64,000 nucleotides of DNA from Candidatus Omnitrophota bacterium (GTDB lineage Bacteria > Omnitrophota > Gorgyraeia > 2-01-FULL-45-10), in assembly GCA_017993955.1 (NCBI GenBank), contig JAGOLR010000005.1, forward strand, positions 28-64,027, given 5' to 3'. Below are positions 62,338 to 64,000 of the stretch, one piece after another. Both the position numbers and the translations under genes were made by a program. The notes beneath the pieces are model-generated. The model was given only the letters and a program-made list of their open reading frames with translations, did not search any database and was not told the origin of the DNA. Every line of letters starts with the position of its first letter. The stretch's first letter is position 1.

Positions 62338-62855
62338 TGAGCTATAAAACGTTTTTTATTTTAATAATATCTGGTTGGATGATGATGCCGTGCGTCAGGG
62401 CCTGCGCGTCCTCTGAAGGCCTTTGCGTAAAAAAGGACGTGGTATTATACAGCATAACTTTGAAAGACCCGCCTCCTGACGCTGTTAAGGAGGGACTCTC
62501 GATTCAGAGTTCCGCGCAGGGTCCTGTCGAATCTTCAGCTAAAACCGTCCCTCCTGGGGTATCCAAGGCGTACGCCGATTATTACAAAAAGATTCGCAAC
62601 AAGATAAAGGACAGGCTGGTATCGCGATATCACCAGGGTCTGGAGGACGGCGATGTCAACCTGGTCTTTATCCTTACATCGGCAGGCAAGCTCGAATCGG
62701 TAAATATATCGGAAATTGGTTCTGCAAAGGACTCCGATTTACGAGATTTCACAGTTAAGGGAATTAAAGATTCAGCGCCTTTCCCTCCATTCCCAAGGAG
62801 CCTGGACAAGACTAAGATGACTTTTGACCTTTCGGTCTCTTTTCGCAAAAACTGA
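62334..62855 (+). CDS. TonB-family C-terminal-domain protein (putative energy transducer)
   Basis: 173 aa. N-terminal TM, Pro-rich linker, C-terminal VNLVFILTSAGKLESVNI...FPPFP region. ATGA overlap with the receptor gene. Confidence 0.5.
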   Translation: MMSYKTFFILIISGWMMMPCVRACASSEGLCVKKDVVLYSITLKDPPPDAVKEGLSIQSSAQGPVESSAKTVPPGVSKAYADYYKKIRNKIKDRLVSRYHQGLEDGDVNLVFILTSAGKLESVNISEIGSAKDSDLRDFTVKGIKDSAPFPPFPRSLDKTKMTFDLSVSFRKN

Positions 62856-62943
62856 TCCCAATCCGCCATTATTCTGCTTGAAATTTTTATCATTTTCTAT
62901 TATGCTAATATAATATATTTTGTCCTATAAGGGGAGGCCTATC

Positions 62944-63477
62944 ATGAAAAAAGCGCTATTATCATTTGTATTGGTATTGGTATTGGTATCCGTTAACATA
63001 GCTTTTGCGGAAATGCCAACCGATAAAGACTATGAGAACCTTGATGAGTTGCGCGTTAAGATAGTAAGGATGAAACGCGAGATGGACAAGTTCATGAAGG
63101 ACATCCTGTCTACCTATCCGCCTGAGTCTACCCTTGGGAATTACGGTCAGGACGTTAAGGTCGATGTGACACAGACGCCTTCAGATGTTATAGTCAGGGC
63201 AGACCTTCCCGGAATGGCAAAGGACAAGATAGAAGTTACTCTCGAGAACAGCATAATGCTTAAAATAGCCGGGGCCCGTGACGTCTCGACACAGGAGACC
63301 GCTCCCGGAATAGTCCGTCAGGAACGCATGCAGGGAAGATTTGAGCGTGTCATACAGCTTCCGGCCGAGTGCAAGAATGACGGTATCCAGGCTACATACA
63401 AGGACGGAGTCCTGGAAATAGTGATACCTAAGAAAGAGACATCAAAAGACAAACCCGTAAAGGTCAGCATCCAGTAA
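62944..63477 (+). CDS. Hsp20/alpha-crystallin family protein with predicted Sec signal peptide
   Basis: Start at MKKALLSFVLVLVLVSVNIAFA (RBS AAGGGGAGG). Alpha-crystallin domain VKVDVTQTPSDVIVRADLPG...GVLEIVIPK. Confidence 0.75.
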   Translation: MKKALLSFVLVLVLVSVNIAFAEMPTDKDYENLDELRVKIVRMKREMDKFMKDILSTYPPESTLGNYGQDVKVDVTQTPSDVIVRADLPGMAKDKIEVTLENSIMLKIAGARDVSTQETAPGIVRQERMQGRFERVIQLPAECKNDGIQATYKDGVLEIVIPKKETSKDKPVKVSIQ

Positions 63478-63487
63478 GGAGGAATCA

Positions 63488-64000
63488 GTGAAGGCTTCAG
63501 AATTGGAAAAAGGGATGATTATAAAAGAGAACGGGGAGTTTCTTGAGGTGGTCGACATAGACCACAAGACTCCCGGGAATCTAAGGGCCATATACCAGAT
63601 AACCCTGAAGAATCTCATAAAAGGAAATGTTCTGAGCAAGCGTTTCAACCCCGGTGACAGCGTAGATAAGGCCGACCTGGAATCCAAGACTTTCCAGTAT
63701 CTATATACTGACCATGCCGGATATCACTTCATGGACATGGAGACCTATGAGTCAATAGCCCTCGACCGTAACCTGATCGGCCAGAATAAGGATTACCTTA
63801 AGGAAAACCTCGAGGTCCTGGTGCTTTACCACGAGCATCATCCCATAAGCGTAGAGCTCCCGGTTTCCGTGGATCTGAAGGTTGTGGAGTCTGCCCCTGG
63901 CGCAAAAGGGGACACTTCCGGGAGGGCCACCAAACCTGCCAAGCTCGAGACGGGTATCACCGTAAATGTTCCGCTCTTTATCGAGGAGGGTGAGATCATC
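63488..64000 (+). CDS. efp: elongation factor P, N-terminal about 170 aa (3' end beyond window)
   Basis: GTG start after GGAGGAAT. VKASELEKGMII...YQYLYTD...FMDMETYE. Open to the window end. Confidence 0.8.
   Translation, partial: MKASELEKGMIIKENGEFLEVVDIDHKTPGNLRAIYQITLKNLIKGNVLSKRFNPGDSVDKADLESKTFQYLYTDHAGYHFMDMETYESIALDRNLIGQNKDYLKENLEVLVLYHEHHPISVELPVSVDLKVVESAPGAKGDTSGRATKPAKLETGITVNVPLFIEEGEII

Noticed and set aside
62878-62914. Heat-shock (sigma-32 or CIRCE) promoter upstream of hsp20
   Set aside because: Only weak sigma-70-like hexamers (TTGAAA...TATGCT or TATAAT) are visible. No CIRCE inverted repeat. Could not support a specific call.

Overview
This is a 64-kb chromosomal segment of a bacterium, probably an uncultivated lineage, with GC content estimated by eye at mid-40s percent. 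Every gene I can support lies on the + strand, and many are translationally coupled. The window is mostly core housekeeping. It starts with ftsH(3' end)-folP-pdxJ-acpS-nnr. Next comes a structurally odd tRNA region with tRNA-Thr(TGT), tRNA-Tyr(GTA) and tRNA-Gly(TCC). A standalone receiver-domain response regulator and a nine-gene MoxR/DUF58/vWA/TPR operon of the BatA-E aerotolerance type follow. Then tRNA-Thr(GGT)-tuf-rpmG-tRNA-Trp-secE-nusG-rplKAJL-rpoBC-rpsLG-fusA-tuf(second copy) leads into the complete S10-spc-alpha ribosomal-protein operons (rpsJ through rplQ, including secY-adk-map-infA-rpmJ). Downstream is a metabolic and envelope operon: aminotransferase, leuC/leuD-like hydro-lyase, IDH/IMDH-family dehydrogenase, mdh, lpd, lipB, a free lipoyl-domain protein, MGDG-synthase-like GT28, LpxL-family acyltransferase, GT2, pcm, cobO and an ArfB-like protein. 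The window ends with a membrane HExxH peptidase, SUI1, a cobalamin-riboswitch-controlled btuB-like TonB-dependent receptor with a tonB-like gene, a signal-peptide-bearing Hsp20 and the start of efp. The most unusual region is 3.3-4.6 kb. It holds tandem tRNA-5'-derived hairpin repeats, paralogous about 120-160 bp elements flanked by duplicated tRNA 3' ends, and perfect palindromes abutting tRNA 5' ends. The widely conserved thrU-tyrU-glyT-thrT-tufB arrangement appears split here by about 10 kb carrying the response regulator and the Bat operon. The two tuf copies are identical over about 1.2 kb. No novel system could be confirmed; the tRNA-linked repeat elements are the best candidate for something undescribed. 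All calls come from reading the sequence and the supplied ORF translations; no database searches were run.
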